DNA from: a virus
Taxonomy: Duplodnaviria > Caudoviricetes
IMG/VR virus record: IMGVR_UViG_3300010163_000019
Location: 9,372-73,371 of that record
Length of the DNA: 64,000 nt
Strand: one strand, 5' to 3'
Made by a program: the position numbers and the translations under genes. Numbering within the stretch: position 1 is the first letter of the stretch; each line of letters opens with the position of its first letter. The notes under the pieces were generated by a model, which worked only from the letters and a program-made list of their open reading frames with translations, was not told where the DNA came from and did no database searches. This document shows, in pieces, positions 19,028 through 29,386 of this stretch.

Positions 19028-21115
19028 TTGCATATGGGTAAGTACGTTGATTACTATTGTGGTGATAATAATAAGGAATTGAAGAAATTAGTTAATCCTA
19101 TATTAATGAATCATTTTGGGTGGCTTCCAAGTCAATATTATGATGATTTTTATTCCATTTTGGCACAAGTTGTATGGGATTGTGAAAAAAACTTTAATGA
19201 ACAAAAAGTGAAAACTAATAAATTTAAGAGTTATTTATTGTCATGCATAAGTAATAAGATCAAAAGCCAGCTTACCCATATGCATAGAGATAAAAGATGT
19301 TTAAAAGATGATGAAGGGAATCCTGTTTATACAGTTTCTTTAGATTCTCCTGTTGGAGATGATGAAAAGATTACAATTGGAGATACCATTCAGTCAGATT
19401 TTGATATTGATGAAGAATTACAAGGTGTTTTAAAAGATGAAAAATTAGAAAAATTTCTAAATAATTTACCCAGAATACAGCGACAGATTGCAGAAATGAT
19501 TATGGAAGGCTTTTCTATTGATGAAATAAAGCAAAGATTGAAATTAAGTGATAAGAAGTATCATGATAATTTTAATGCCTTAAAATTATTTAAAAATATT
19601 AGCATTTTATGTAATGATCAAAACCAAATAAAAATTATGGAGGATGAGGAAATGAGTATGACTACACAAACACAGACTGCTGAGAATTGTAAAACTGATA
19701 AGATTAGTATTGCTTCTATTATTAAAAAAATAGACAAGCATACAATTCGTTTTGATCACCCGTTACAGAGGGAATCTGATCAATGGTCTCCGTCTATGAA
19801 AGGAAATCTGGTTTCTGATATCCTCCAGGGAAATAAATTACAACCGCTTATTTTTGCAGAACAGATTATTAATGGTGTTCCGATTATATGGGATCTTGAT
19901 GGCAAACAGCGTTGTACAAATGTCTATTTATATTCTAAGAATGGATATAAAGTATCTAAGAATATTAGACGTTGGATGATTAAATACCAGACAACGGAGA
20001 AAGATGAGAACGGGAATGATGTTTTAGATGAGAATGGATTTCCGATTGCAGTAAATGCAGAATTTGATATTCGTGGTAAGAAGTTTTCGGATTTGCCGGA
20101 AGAATTAAGAGATAGATTTTTAGATTATAGTTTTAATTATGATCAGTATCTAAATTGTTCTGAAGAAGATATAGGGTATCATATTGAAAGATATAATGAT
20201 GGAAAAACAATGACAAAACCACAAAAAGGCATTACTAAGATTGGAACGGAATTTGCTGAAATGGTTAAATCAATTTCCAATATGTCATTTTTTAAAAATA
20301 TTGGTGGGTATAAAGTTTCAGAATTTAAGAATGGAGCAATAGATAGAGTAGTAATTGAATCAGTAATGGCTACTAATTATTTTGATGACTGGAAAAAAGA
20401 TATGGAGAAGCAATGTGAATATCTTAAAGAGAATGCTACATCAGAAATATTTGACAATTTTGAAGATATGGTAGAGAGATTAGAAAAGGTTATTACAGAT
20501 GATGTGGCAGATATGTTTGATTCAAAGGATAGTTTTTTGTATTTTGGTTTATTTTCTAAATTTATTAATATTGGATTAAATGATGAAAAGTTTATTGAAT
20601 TCATGGCTGAGTTTACTCGGTCATTACATAGTAAAGAGATTGATGGCATCACATATGATGAACTATGTGTAAATCCAAAAACTGGTAAGGCATATGGAAC
20701 AAAAGATAAGTATATTGTAATTCCTAAAATGGAAAGACTTGAAAATCTTATGTTTGATTTCCTTAATATAAGCAGAAGTAAAATAAAAAATGGTGTAGAT
20801 AAAAATATACTTATCGCTAACTATGTTGATATGTCAATCGAAGAAATAAGTCAAGATATTGATTTTTATGAGGATACTTTGGACGAATTAGAAAACAAAA
20901 CAATTAAAGATGGTTCAAAATTATTGGAACCAGAAAATAGAGTATCTTTATTGGCAATGATTGTTTACTCATTTAAAAATGATGTAGATCTAGATGATTG
21001 GATGGAAGAATATGCAAAGAGCAATAATATGTATTTCCCAGATCAGAGAAAGAATTTCTTATATATGAAGAAAGATTTTATTAATTACATAGAAACAAAA
21101 GAGAAAGCAGGTTAG
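19028..21115 (+). CDS. Sigma70-family sigma factor fused to a DUF262 domain
   Basis: aa 1-200 sigma-like (FKSYLLSCISNKIK, VSLDSPVGDD, LPRIQRQIAEMIMEGFSIDEIKQRL); aa 210-695 DUF262 (FDHPLQRE..QW, DLDGKQR). Confidence 0.7.
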   Translation: MHMGKYVDYYCGDNNKELKKLVNPILMNHFGWLPSQYYDDFYSILAQVVWDCEKNFNEQKVKTNKFKSYLLSCISNKIKSQLTHMHRDKRCLKDDEGNPVYTVSLDSPVGDDEKITIGDTIQSDFDIDEELQGVLKDEKLEKFLNNLPRIQRQIAEMIMEGFSIDEIKQRLKLSDKKYHDNFNALKLFKNISILCNDQNQIKIMEDEEMSMTTQTQTAENCKTDKISIASIIKKIDKHTIRFDHPLQRESDQWSPSMKGNLVSDILQGNKLQPLIFAEQIINGVPIIWDLDGKQRCTNVYLYSKNGYKVSKNIRRWMIKYQTTEKDENGNDVLDENGFPIAVNAEFDIRGKKFSDLPEELRDRFLDYSFNYDQYLNCSEEDIGYHIERYNDGKTMTKPQKGITKIGTEFAEMVKSISNMSFFKNIGGYKVSEFKNGAIDRVVIESVMATNYFDDWKKDMEKQCEYLKENATSEIFDNFEDMVERLEKVITDDVADMFDSKDSFLYFGLFSKFINIGLNDEKFIEFMAEFTRSLHSKEIDGITYDELCVNPKTGKAYGTKDKYIVIPKMERLENLMFDFLNISRSKIKNGVDKNILIANYVDMSIEEISQDIDFYEDTLDELENKTIKDGSKLLEPENRVSLLAMIVYSFKNDVDLDDWMEEYAKSNNMYFPDQRKNFLYMKKDFINYIETKEKAG

Positions 21116-21125
21116 GAGGGATATT

Positions 21126-21464
21126 ATGGGACTAAATATTTCCGAACAGGAAACAACAGTTAGTTTTACACGAGACAGTGATATTTGTACTGTTTACACA
21201 TCTGACAGGACTATTATGACAAGGCTTGATAAATTGGTTGAAAGTGATAGTTCGCCATATTGGAAATTGAAAGAAGAATACAGACTAAATAATGGTGAAT
21301 TGATCGGGAAGACATATGAAACACATAAGCGTTTAATTTCGTTTAGGTCAAACATCACTACAAGAGAACTGTCAGAAGAACAAAAAGAAGCTGCCAGTGA
21401 AAGGTTCAAACAGATGTGGAAAGATAAACGTGAAAATGGAGAAAGTGAGGAAAATGAAATATGA
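21126..21464 (+). CDS. Hypothetical protein
   Basis: 112 aa ORF, AGGAGG RBS. Confidence 0.75.
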   Translation: MGLNISEQETTVSFTRDSDICTVYTSDRTIMTRLDKLVESDSSPYWKLKEEYRLNNGELIGKTYETHKRLISFRSNITTRELSEEQKEAASERFKQMWKDKRENGESEENEI

Positions 21465-21991
21465 GAAGAACAATGAAATTGTCAGATATTAGAATCAAAG
21501 GATCATTTAAAAATTCCGTTCCAAATGATTATAAGATTGCACAGTGTAGGGAATATTGGAATCAGCACGGCATGTATCTTCACGACATTGTTGTGAATAA
21601 TAACAGTCATCTTGTGGATGGTTATATTCAATATTTGGTTTTAAAAGAGAATGGTATAAAAGACATTGTAGTCAATGATTTTGATAAGAGAATATACAAA
21701 AGAAGAAAGCCAAATGTAAGAAAAAGAGATAAGAAGAAAGCAAAATCGTATAAAGACGCAGAAACTCTTTACATATTTGGTATTCATTTAGGAGGAATTA
21801 AAGAACGAGTTTGGAGAGCGCCAAACAAGTTTCAGAAAGAATGGGAAGATATATTAAGTATTGGTGATATCGTAATAGTAAAAACAAAACATGGGAATGC
21901 GCCGATTAAAGTTACAAGAATTGAAAGACTGACTAAATGTCCAGTAGATATACCAGTTAAGAGAATTGTAAAAAGGTTGGTGATAGAATGA
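21461..21991 (+). CDS. Hypothetical protein, possible ParB/Srx-like N-terminus
   Basis: IVVNNNSHLVDGYIQYLVLKENG resembles the ParB core. Confidence 0.45.
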   Translation: MRRTMKLSDIRIKGSFKNSVPNDYKIAQCREYWNQHGMYLHDIVVNNNSHLVDGYIQYLVLKENGIKDIVVNDFDKRIYKRRKPNVRKRDKKKAKSYKDAETLYIFGIHLGGIKERVWRAPNKFQKEWEDILSIGDIVIVKTKHGNAPIKVTRIERLTKCPVDIPVKRIVKRLVIE

Positions 21992-22401
21992 GTTTGATAG
22001 GATATGCATTAAGAATGGCAAAGCAATATTACGAACCCAAAACATATGAACATGCATTAAGAGTTGCAGGGTATGTTGTAGAGAATCCAATGATTCCAGA
22101 GGATAAAATGGATAATTGTATTGCTTTAGCGATTATGCATGATTTAATTGAGGATACAGATTATTCTAATGGCTACTTTGGAAAAGGATATAGTTATTTT
22201 GAAGAATGTTTAAAATTACTTACAAAATCTAAAGATATGGATTATTTAGAATATATAAAGAAAATTAGAGATTTTTCAAATATAAGACCAGAAGCATACT
22301 GGGTTAAGATGGCTGATATGAAGGATCATCTGTCTCAAACAGAAACATTAACGGATAATCTTAAAGAAAAATATTTAAAAGCATTGCCATATTTATTATA
22401 G
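21988..22401 (+). CDS. HD-domain hydrolase (small alarmone hydrolase/Mesh1-like)
   Basis: EHALRVA, AIMHDLIEDT, VKMAD motifs. Confidence 0.75.
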   Translation: MSLIGYALRMAKQYYEPKTYEHALRVAGYVVENPMIPEDKMDNCIALAIMHDLIEDTDYSNGYFGKGYSYFEECLKLLTKSKDMDYLEYIKKIRDFSNIRPEAYWVKMADMKDHLSQTETLTDNLKEKYLKALPYLL

Positions 22402-22430
22402 GAAGGGAAAAGCATTAGAGGTGATTAAAC

Positions 22431-22649
22431 GTGAATATCAAAACATATAAAATTAAACAATATAATTCAACATACAAACATATTCTTGTGGTTGATGGAG
22501 AGCCAGTTTGTGCAGCACAAGGCGGAAAACAGATGAGTAAATGTATCCAATATCTTAGTGGATATAATGTGAATATTAGTGATGGCAGAATTAAAAAGGT
22601 ATTGAACAAGTATCGACACGCTTTAGAAAATGAAGAGTGTAAATCATAA
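22431..22649 (+). CDS. Hypothetical protein
   Basis: 72 aa ORF, GAGGTG RBS. Confidence 0.65.
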   Translation: MNIKTYKIKQYNSTYKHILVVDGEPVCAAQGGKQMSKCIQYLSGYNVNISDGRIKKVLNKYRHALENEECKS

Positions 22650-23514
22650 AAGCCGCATTTCATTGGGATATTTTATTTATTTTAGAGAGGATAAAACAAT
22701 GTATAATACAGATTTTGATATGAAAAAAGCAAGATATTCTGTTATAAAAAAGACAGAATTTATTAAGTATCATAATGGATTGAATGTTGGTTGGAATCGT
22801 TTTATTTACATGGAATCAAAATATGGTATTTATACTTACTCTTTAGAAGATGCAGCGACTTTTATAATAAAGGAACTAATAAAGTTTTATTCAAGTTATG
22901 GTTTAAAAAATAAAGATTTTTACGAAAGAAGAAAACTGTTGCTTGATGAATATGAAAAGTATGTTGTTATGGATTTAAGATTAGAAAAATCCATTTCTGG
23001 ACGAGTTTCTTTCCTTGAAAAAGGAGTATTTGATACTTATGTATTAGGCTCAGTTAGCATCTGGAGTTTTAATGCTACATATCCTTTAATCAATAATATT
23101 ATAGCATGGAATAAAAATAGAATTGATTTAAAATATTTATATCCTGTTTATGTGGTTGATGAAGAACATTATAGATATTCATGGCAAAAAAGGCAGCATA
23201 GACCAAGATTCCATAGTAAAAGATATAAACCTTGTCTTGGAATTCCCAAAAGGGAAAAAGTGGAAGGTTCTGATCCTGAATATAGTTGCGTCTTGTCTGC
23301 AAGACAGAAGAATAGAGAACGGACTTGCAACTGGGGAAAGACATATCATAAGAATAGAAATAATGTTCCTGGTGATTGGAAACATTACAATAAATGCCGG
23401 AAGCAATGGGCAAAGAATATTGAAAATCCGTCATATGAAAAGTTGTCAAAAGCAGTTTGGAAACAAGATCTATTAGAGGAGGAAAAGTTATTTGAACAAT
23501 TTAATGATTTTTGA
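22630..23514 (+). CDS. Hypothetical protein
   Basis: 294 aa ORF. Confidence 0.7.
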   Translation: MKSVNHKSRISLGYFIYFREDKTMYNTDFDMKKARYSVIKKTEFIKYHNGLNVGWNRFIYMESKYGIYTYSLEDAATFIIKELIKFYSSYGLKNKDFYERRKLLLDEYEKYVVMDLRLEKSISGRVSFLEKGVFDTYVLGSVSIWSFNATYPLINNIIAWNKNRIDLKYLYPVYVVDEEHYRYSWQKRQHRPRFHSKRYKPCLGIPKREKVEGSDPEYSCVLSARQKNRERTCNWGKTYHKNRNNVPGDWKHYNKCRKQWAKNIENPSYEKLSKAVWKQDLLEEEKLFEQFNDF

Positions 23515-24298
23515 GGGACATGAAGTAGAAGTTTTTGAGTTAGCTGGGAAAGTTCTATTTAATCCATATCATGTAGGAGAATGTTTAGAACTTACTGACA
23601 GTGCCGTAAGAAAAGCTATATGTAATATGACAGAAAAACAGGTAATTAAGTTGAAAAATTCGGATGTGAAAGAAAGTAACATCCGAAAATTAAATAACGC
23701 AGGTGAAAATTTTCTTACAGAAAGTGGAGTTTATAAATTAATATTTAGAAGTAATAAGCCAAATGCAGAGGCGTTTACAGATTGGGTGACAGACGAGGTA
23801 TTGCCCACAATACGTAAAACTGGCGGGTATGTAAATAATGATGATTTATTTATAGCAACATATTTACCTTATGCAGATGAATCAATAAAATTGATGTTTA
23901 AATCCACGCTATCTACAGTTAGAAAACAAAATGAAATTATTGAAAATCAAAAGAAAGAAATTGAGCATAAGGAAGATGTAATTATTGGGCTTGTGGATGA
24001 AATTTCTCTTGCTGAGAAGCGGCAGATACTTAATCGCGTTGTAAGATACAATCATGCAAATTATCGTGAACGATGGTCTGTTTTATATAGAGAATTTGAA
24101 AATAAATATCATATCAATCTGCAAAACAAGTTTGAAACATATAATGAAACACATAAACCTAAATGTAAGGGGAAATTGGATTACATAGACAAAGTTATGA
24201 ATAAAGTATCAGAGCTATATGAGATAGCAGCAAAACTTTTTGAAAATGATGTTAAGGCATTGGTGGAAGAAATGTATAGTATAACAGGTAAAAATTGA
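23492..24298 (+). CDS. BRO-N domain antirepressor
   Basis: NFLTESGVYKLIFRSNKPNAEAFTDWVTDEVLPTIRKTGGY. Confidence 0.9.
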   Translation: MNNLMIFEGHEVEVFELAGKVLFNPYHVGECLELTDSAVRKAICNMTEKQVIKLKNSDVKESNIRKLNNAGENFLTESGVYKLIFRSNKPNAEAFTDWVTDEVLPTIRKTGGYVNNDDLFIATYLPYADESIKLMFKSTLSTVRKQNEIIENQKKEIEHKEDVIIGLVDEISLAEKRQILNRVVRYNHANYRERWSVLYREFENKYHINLQNKFETYNETHKPKCKGKLDYIDKVMNKVSELYEIAAKLFENDVKALVEEMYSITGKN

Positions 24299-24305
24299 TA
24301 TATTT

Positions 24306-24740
24306 ATGGATTGGAGAAAATTGATGAAAAAAATTTGTAATTGTGGATATGAGACAGAAAAAAAGAATTTTAATTTCTGTCCTTTGTGTGGAAACAAATT
24401 AATGATTTTAGAGCTAGAAGCAGATGGAACATATGAGGCTGAAAGAAAAGCATGTAGAATTATTGATCATGATTGGATGAATCCTAATAAAATTTATTAC
24501 TATAAGGTGAGTCCAATAGATAAAGAATTAGTTTGGATCTATAAATCGCCCGTTTCGCCACACTGGATATTCGGATGTCATATTTCAAAGGTTAAGCCAT
24601 TGGAAGTAGAAAGAATTGAAAGATGTTCCTTTAGAAAAAATGATGAATGTGGACATATGGGTTCATGTAAAATGTGTCCTGTTTATAAGGGTGATGTGGA
24701 TGAACTTATTATGAATCTTGTCAATGTAATAAAAGAGTAG
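24306..24740 (+). CDS. Hypothetical Cys-rich protein
   Basis: CNCG..CPLCG zinc ribbon. Confidence 0.65.
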   Translation: MDWRKLMKKICNCGYETEKKNFNFCPLCGNKLMILELEADGTYEAERKACRIIDHDWMNPNKIYYYKVSPIDKELVWIYKSPVSPHWIFGCHISKVKPLEVERIERCSFRKNDECGHMGSCKMCPVYKGDVDELIMNLVNVIKE

Positions 24741-24751
24741 GAGAAATAATT

Positions 24752-25036
24752 ATGGAAAATAAGATTTGTACAGAACAGTTTTGTGGTGTTGATATTTTTA
24801 ATTGGAAAGAATGGGATGTTATGGACACCGATAACTTTTATTTTTATAACGTAGAATTTTTTATGCCATCAATGCAGAAATACAATGGTATGAATGTAAG
24901 CAGATGGTTTGATGGAAAGATGGAAATACATAAGGACAGTGATCCAGATGCTGATGAATCTGTTTTTGATGTTGTTTGGAGTGGATATGTTACAGATATT
25001 CATGAGGTTATGGAAGCATTGAACAGGAAAGTATAA
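24752..25036 (+). CDS. Hypothetical protein
   Basis: 94 aa ORF with RBS. Confidence 0.7.
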   Translation: MENKICTEQFCGVDIFNWKEWDVMDTDNFYFYNVEFFMPSMQKYNGMNVSRWFDGKMEIHKDSDPDADESVFDVVWSGYVTDIHEVMEALNRKV

Positions 25037-25128
25037 AAGGCAATGAAAACTACGTATGATTGATGAAATAGATATATTATAGTTTAGATTCGATATAACC
25101 ACAATATATAGAATGAAGGGAGAAGAGT

Positions 25129-25687
25129 ATGATAGCGATAAATTGTGAAGAAGAAAAATTGTATGGATGCCCAAGTTGTGGATGTGATACATGGGTTAGA
25201 GATAGCTTTTTAAGGTAATCAGCCTGCTGGCACATGTAAGTCATGTAGGCTTCATTATCAGATTTTTGCGAATGGAATAAGGAAGTCTTTTGTTGGATTT
25301 GGAACAAATAGAAAAGATAAAGATGGAAACACAATTATGGAATATCCAGTTTTGTCTCCTCATCCAAGAAAAGGTATTCCTTCTCGGCACTGGGAAGCTC
25401 CTGATTTTAAACCTGAATATGGTGAATATTGGAGTCCTAGAGGAATCGGTTATGATTTGAGTGGGTTTGTCAAATCATAACAGGCTGGTGAGCGTTTACT
25501 AGAAATAGTTAAAGAAGTATTAGGGAAAGAGGAACCTGCTTCTTGGCTTGATTGGAGAGAATATGAGCCAGAGTGGATTCAGTTTAAATTTCAAAAAGAG
25601 GAATTTGATTTGGAGAAGCTGGAGAAGATGGCTATTGAAAATGACAAAATTTTAAATAAGGAAATTCTAATTACATGTAAGTTATAG
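25129..25687 (+). pseudogene. Disrupted hypothetical gene (frameshift near 25210 and in-frame TAA at 25478)
   Basis: CPSCGC zinc-ribbon start, shifted frame reads GNQPAGTCKSC...FVKS*QAGERLL...CKL*. Confidence 0.6.
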
Positions 25688-25691
25688 GGGA

Positions 25692-25991
25692 TTGGGGGTG
25701 ATGGTAATGAGTTATATAATGTTGCAATTTAAGGAAGTCGCAAAAAATATTTTAGATTTGGAAGAAAAGAAAAAGCTGATGCGTTCCAATTTTGAGAAAT
25801 CCACAAGTGAATTATCTGAGTGTTTTCATTGGATTATGGAGGCAGAATTAGATGGTAGAAAGCATACATGTCTTACTATTTATACATGTCCAGAGTTATA
25901 TGCAAAAGAATTAGAAGGTATGGGATTTGTTGTAGAAGAACAAAGAAATGTTTTTGATACTCTTTGTGGATATGATATTAAATGGCAATGA
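25692..25991 (+). CDS. Hypothetical protein
   Basis: 99 aa ORF. Confidence 0.65.
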   Translation: MGVMVMSYIMLQFKEVAKNILDLEEKKKLMRSNFEKSTSELSECFHWIMEAELDGRKHTCLTIYTCPELYAKELEGMGFVVEEQRNVFDTLCGYDIKWQ

Positions 25992-26017
25992 AACTAACAT
26001 TTTATTCAGATAAATGA

Positions 26018-26359
26018 ATGATTAAAGAAAGGAAAAACAATACAATGGAAAAGTATTATAACCAAAATGGTGAACTTGGAGTATTAATTAGTCCAGGATT
26101 TGGTGCTGGTTGGAGTACATGGAATGATGAAAGAATTGCATATGATAAAAGAGTTGTGGAATATTGGTTAAATGAAAATCCAACATCAGAAGAAATGAAG
26201 GAATTTCTTGAATCTATTGGATATGGAAATATATATATGGGAGGTTATAGTTCTCTTACAATTAGATATATTCCAAGAGGAACGATGTTCTGTATTCATG
26301 AATATGACGGTTCAGAGTCAATTGAAACACCTGAAACAATGTGTATGATGGTATCTTAA
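26018..26359 (+). CDS. Phage hypothetical protein
   Basis: GVLISPGFGAGWSTWN...EYDGSE pattern I associate with phage proteins. Confidence 0.7.
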   Translation: MIKERKNNTMEKYYNQNGELGVLISPGFGAGWSTWNDERIAYDKRVVEYWLNENPTSEEMKEFLESIGYGNIYMGGYSSLTIRYIPRGTMFCIHEYDGSESIETPETMCMMVS

Positions 26360-26381
26360 TAGTGTTGAAAGGAAAATATTT

Positions 26382-26912
26382 ATGTTTAAAGTAGAAAAAG
26401 ATTTTGAGTATCAGGGACATAGATGCGTTGTAATTTTCACGGACATGGGGCATAGATGTGGTTATGTTTCTGTAAATGAGAACAGTCCATTATGGTGTAA
26501 AGATTATTCTGATTATTTGGACATTAAAAAGACTGAATTAAATGGAGAAGAAATAGGAAAAAGAGGAATAATTCCACTACTTATGTCTGCCTGTGATAAA
26601 GATGAAAGAATACAAATTGACTCTTATTTTGATGTCCATGGTGGAATTACATATTCTGGTGGTGGTATTGGGTCAAAATATCCCGTAGAAAGTGATTTAT
26701 ATTGGTTTGGATTCGATTGCGCCCATTGTTATGATTTGATAGATTGTGAAAAATTAAGAGAATATTTTCTAAATGAAAAATTTACAGAATCCAGAATTGC
26801 TATGGCATTGAATTTTGAAGGTAGTGAAGTTAGGACTTTGGAATATGTTGAGCAGGAATGCAAGAATTTGGCGGATCAAATAGAAAATGTAGAAAATATA
26901 TTAAGGCAATGA
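26382..26912 (+). CDS. Phage hypothetical protein
   Basis: GHRCGYV, DVHGGITY, WFGFDCAH motifs. Confidence 0.75.
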   Translation: MFKVEKDFEYQGHRCVVIFTDMGHRCGYVSVNENSPLWCKDYSDYLDIKKTELNGEEIGKRGIIPLLMSACDKDERIQIDSYFDVHGGITYSGGGIGSKYPVESDLYWFGFDCAHCYDLIDCEKLREYFLNEKFTESRIAMALNFEGSEVRTLEYVEQECKNLADQIENVENILRQ

Positions 26913-27181
26913 ATTCATTTCAAATAACATTATATAAATTAAAAATGGAGGTACAGTATGTCAAAATATAGAATGGAATTAGTAGATACTTGTTCTATGC
27001 GTAGTGGTGTGATATTTGAGTGTAATGCTGATAATGAAAAAGAGGCGTTAGAGAAAATGTATAAAAAGTTTTCTGGTGGTGTATGCGCTACAAAAATTGA
27101 AAAAGTAGAAGACAATGAATTTATACGTTGAAAATTTGTTTTAAGTGTGGAAAAACAAAATATAGAAAGAAGTGATTAATT

Positions 27182-27733
27182 ATAGGATTAAATATAGGAT
27201 ATTTAACATCTGATAAAGAAGATAGTGAATTGTATACACCTGCATATGCAGTAGATCTAATTATAAAATACCTTCCAAAAGATAAGATTATTTGGTGTCC
27301 ATTTTCTGAAGAATGGTCAATGTTTTACAAAAGGTTGAAAGAGGTAGGATTTAAAGTTATTAGAAGTTCATTAGTGGAGGGTCAAGATTTCTTTGAGTAT
27401 AAACCAGACAAATTTGATTTAATTGTAGATAATCCACCATTTTCAACAAAAGATAAAGTCTTAGAACGATTATATTCATTTAACAAACCGTTTGCAATTC
27501 TGTTACCCTTAAATTCCCTACAAGGCAAATCAAGATATAAATATTTTAAACAGGGTATTCAGATATTAAGTTTCGATGCGAGAGTTTCTTATCATGACAG
27601 AAATCATATGAAGAATGTAGTAAAAGGAAGTCCATTTGCAACGGCATATTTTTGTAGAGATTTGTTGCCAAAAGATTTGATTATAGAGAAATTGGTTACA
27701 TACGAAAGACCATTGTTGGAAAGAAAACGATAA
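27182..27733 (+). CDS. Phage N6-adenine methyltransferase (probable ATA start)
   Basis: ELYTP, IWCPF, IVDNPPFS; open frame extends to ATA 27182. Confidence 0.75.
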   Translation: MGLNIGYLTSDKEDSELYTPAYAVDLIIKYLPKDKIIWCPFSEEWSMFYKRLKEVGFKVIRSSLVEGQDFFEYKPDKFDLIVDNPPFSTKDKVLERLYSFNKPFAILLPLNSLQGKSRYKYFKQGIQILSFDARVSYHDRNHMKNVVKGSPFATAYFCRDLLPKDLIIEKLVTYERPLLERKR

Positions 27734-27757
27734 AATTAATTGGAGGTAAATATTTAA

Positions 27758-27943
27758 ATGATATATATTTGTGTAAGAACTTATAGTAATGGAAAATACA
27801 TGAATAAAGTATATAATGTGTTTTTTGAATGGTTATCTCAGGCTGAAAAGATGGCAGGTGAATTAAACAAAATAGATCGTGATGGTGGTGAAAAATGGAT
27901 TTGTATTCCTCTAAATAAATATGTAGAAAGCGTACATGATTAA
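27758..27943 (+). CDS. Hypothetical protein
   Basis: 61 aa ORF, GGAGG RBS. Confidence 0.6.
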   Translation: MIYICVRTYSNGKYMNKVYNVFFEWLSQAEKMAGELNKIDRDGGEKWICIPLNKYVESVHD

Positions 27944-27958
27944 AAATAATATAAAATA

Positions 27959-28753
27959 TTGAAGAACAAAGGATATAGAATTATGAGTGAATTTAAGAGT
28001 GCAATTATTTTAAAGAACAAAGTAGTTTTAGCACCAGAAGGGAATGAAAATCATTCAGATTTATTGGAAAGTCTTGGAATTGAAGATACTTATATGAATG
28101 CGTCAAGGATATTTGTAAGAGTTGAGTTGATTCCAAAAGATAATAATAAAATGAATGACGTAAAGGATTGGAAATATAGAGTAGTTCAAGATATTTTACC
28201 TGATTGGTATGAAAAGGATTCAAAGAGATATGAGCAGGATTTTAGAGATGCAGTTGAAGAATGTATAAAAGAATGGAGAAAACAGTTTAAATTTATTTGT
28301 GGGTATTATTGGACAAGTGTTAAAGATGGAAATTTTACATATTACTTTATGAATGGGATTTTTAAAGAATCAAAGTTTGGTAAAACAAACAATTATGCTG
28401 AATCTAATATTCGTAATATTCTTGTTAATAGTAAATTGGCTGCGGATTTAAAGAAAGAATTTGGAAATAAACTTGTTCCTATTTCTTTAGATTTAACAGC
28501 TATGGATGGATCGAAAGATTATGGAAGTATTGAAGGAGATATTTTAGCTATTTTAAACATTCAATTACTTATGAAATTTGGAGAGAGTATTCCATTAATT
28601 GGTGACTGGTATTGGCTTGCGACACCTAATCAGACACCAAAAAGAGGAGACGATCTTTGTGTTCAGTTTGTCGATGCCGATAGCTTTGTGGGATGCTGTG
28701 ATTGTAATGATGATACGATGGGGGTGTTTCCGTTTTTTATCCTTCAATCTTAA
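27959..28753 (+). CDS. Hypothetical protein (DUF6273-like C-terminus possible)
   Basis: WYWLATPN..C..V......GVFP. Confidence 0.55.
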   Translation: MKNKGYRIMSEFKSAIILKNKVVLAPEGNENHSDLLESLGIEDTYMNASRIFVRVELIPKDNNKMNDVKDWKYRVVQDILPDWYEKDSKRYEQDFRDAVEECIKEWRKQFKFICGYYWTSVKDGNFTYYFMNGIFKESKFGKTNNYAESNIRNILVNSKLAADLKKEFGNKLVPISLDLTAMDGSKDYGSIEGDILAILNIQLLMKFGESIPLIGDWYWLATPNQTPKRGDDLCVQFVDADSFVGCCDCNDDTMGVFPFFILQS

Positions 28754-28897
28754 ATCTTTGAATTTTAAGAAAACATATCAGATTACAAATAAACAGATGA
28801 GAACATAAACTTAGTCCTTGCAAATGGTCCATATGTTATTGGAAATATATGAAAAATAATAAAACACGAGTTTTATGTGAAATGGAGGTAAAACCGT

Positions 28898-29356
28898 ATG
28901 ATGACAGTAAGAGAATTATTTCAAAAAACGCATTACGAAGATGTTTGGAAAGAGTATATAAAAATAGAAGATTTAGATGAAGAAAAATATCCTTACGATA
29001 AAGAAGGACGAAAAAGGGTATTTGATTTTGTAAAAGACTATAAAGGTGAGAAAGCTGAAAAACATATTATTGTATGTATTAAAGACTGTGTAAATTTTTT
29101 GGCTGTTTCAGGGTTTTATACTGATACTGATTTGCCATGTAATATTGAAGAAATGAGTAATGAAGATCTCTGGAAAATTGAAACATATGGATTAGAATGT
29201 AGTGAATTTTATGAATGGTGTGATTGGAAAGTATTTGACTTATCCATTCAAACATATGGAGAAGTAGTATGTGCAGCATACATATTATATGAAATGACCT
29301 ATCATGGAACCACGGAAGAAGTACGAAGAGAACGATTGAAAAGTATTTTGGAATAG
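28898..29356 (+). CDS. Hypothetical protein
   Basis: 152 aa ORF, GGAGG RBS. Confidence 0.7.
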   Translation: MMTVRELFQKTHYEDVWKEYIKIEDLDEEKYPYDKEGRKRVFDFVKDYKGEKAEKHIIVCIKDCVNFLAVSGFYTDTDLPCNIEEMSNEDLWKIETYGLECSEFYEWCDWKVFDLSIQTYGEVVCAAYILYEMTYHGTTEEVRRERLKSILE

Positions 29357-29386
29357 TGGGTAGCAATAAAATTTCCGTTTTATTTA

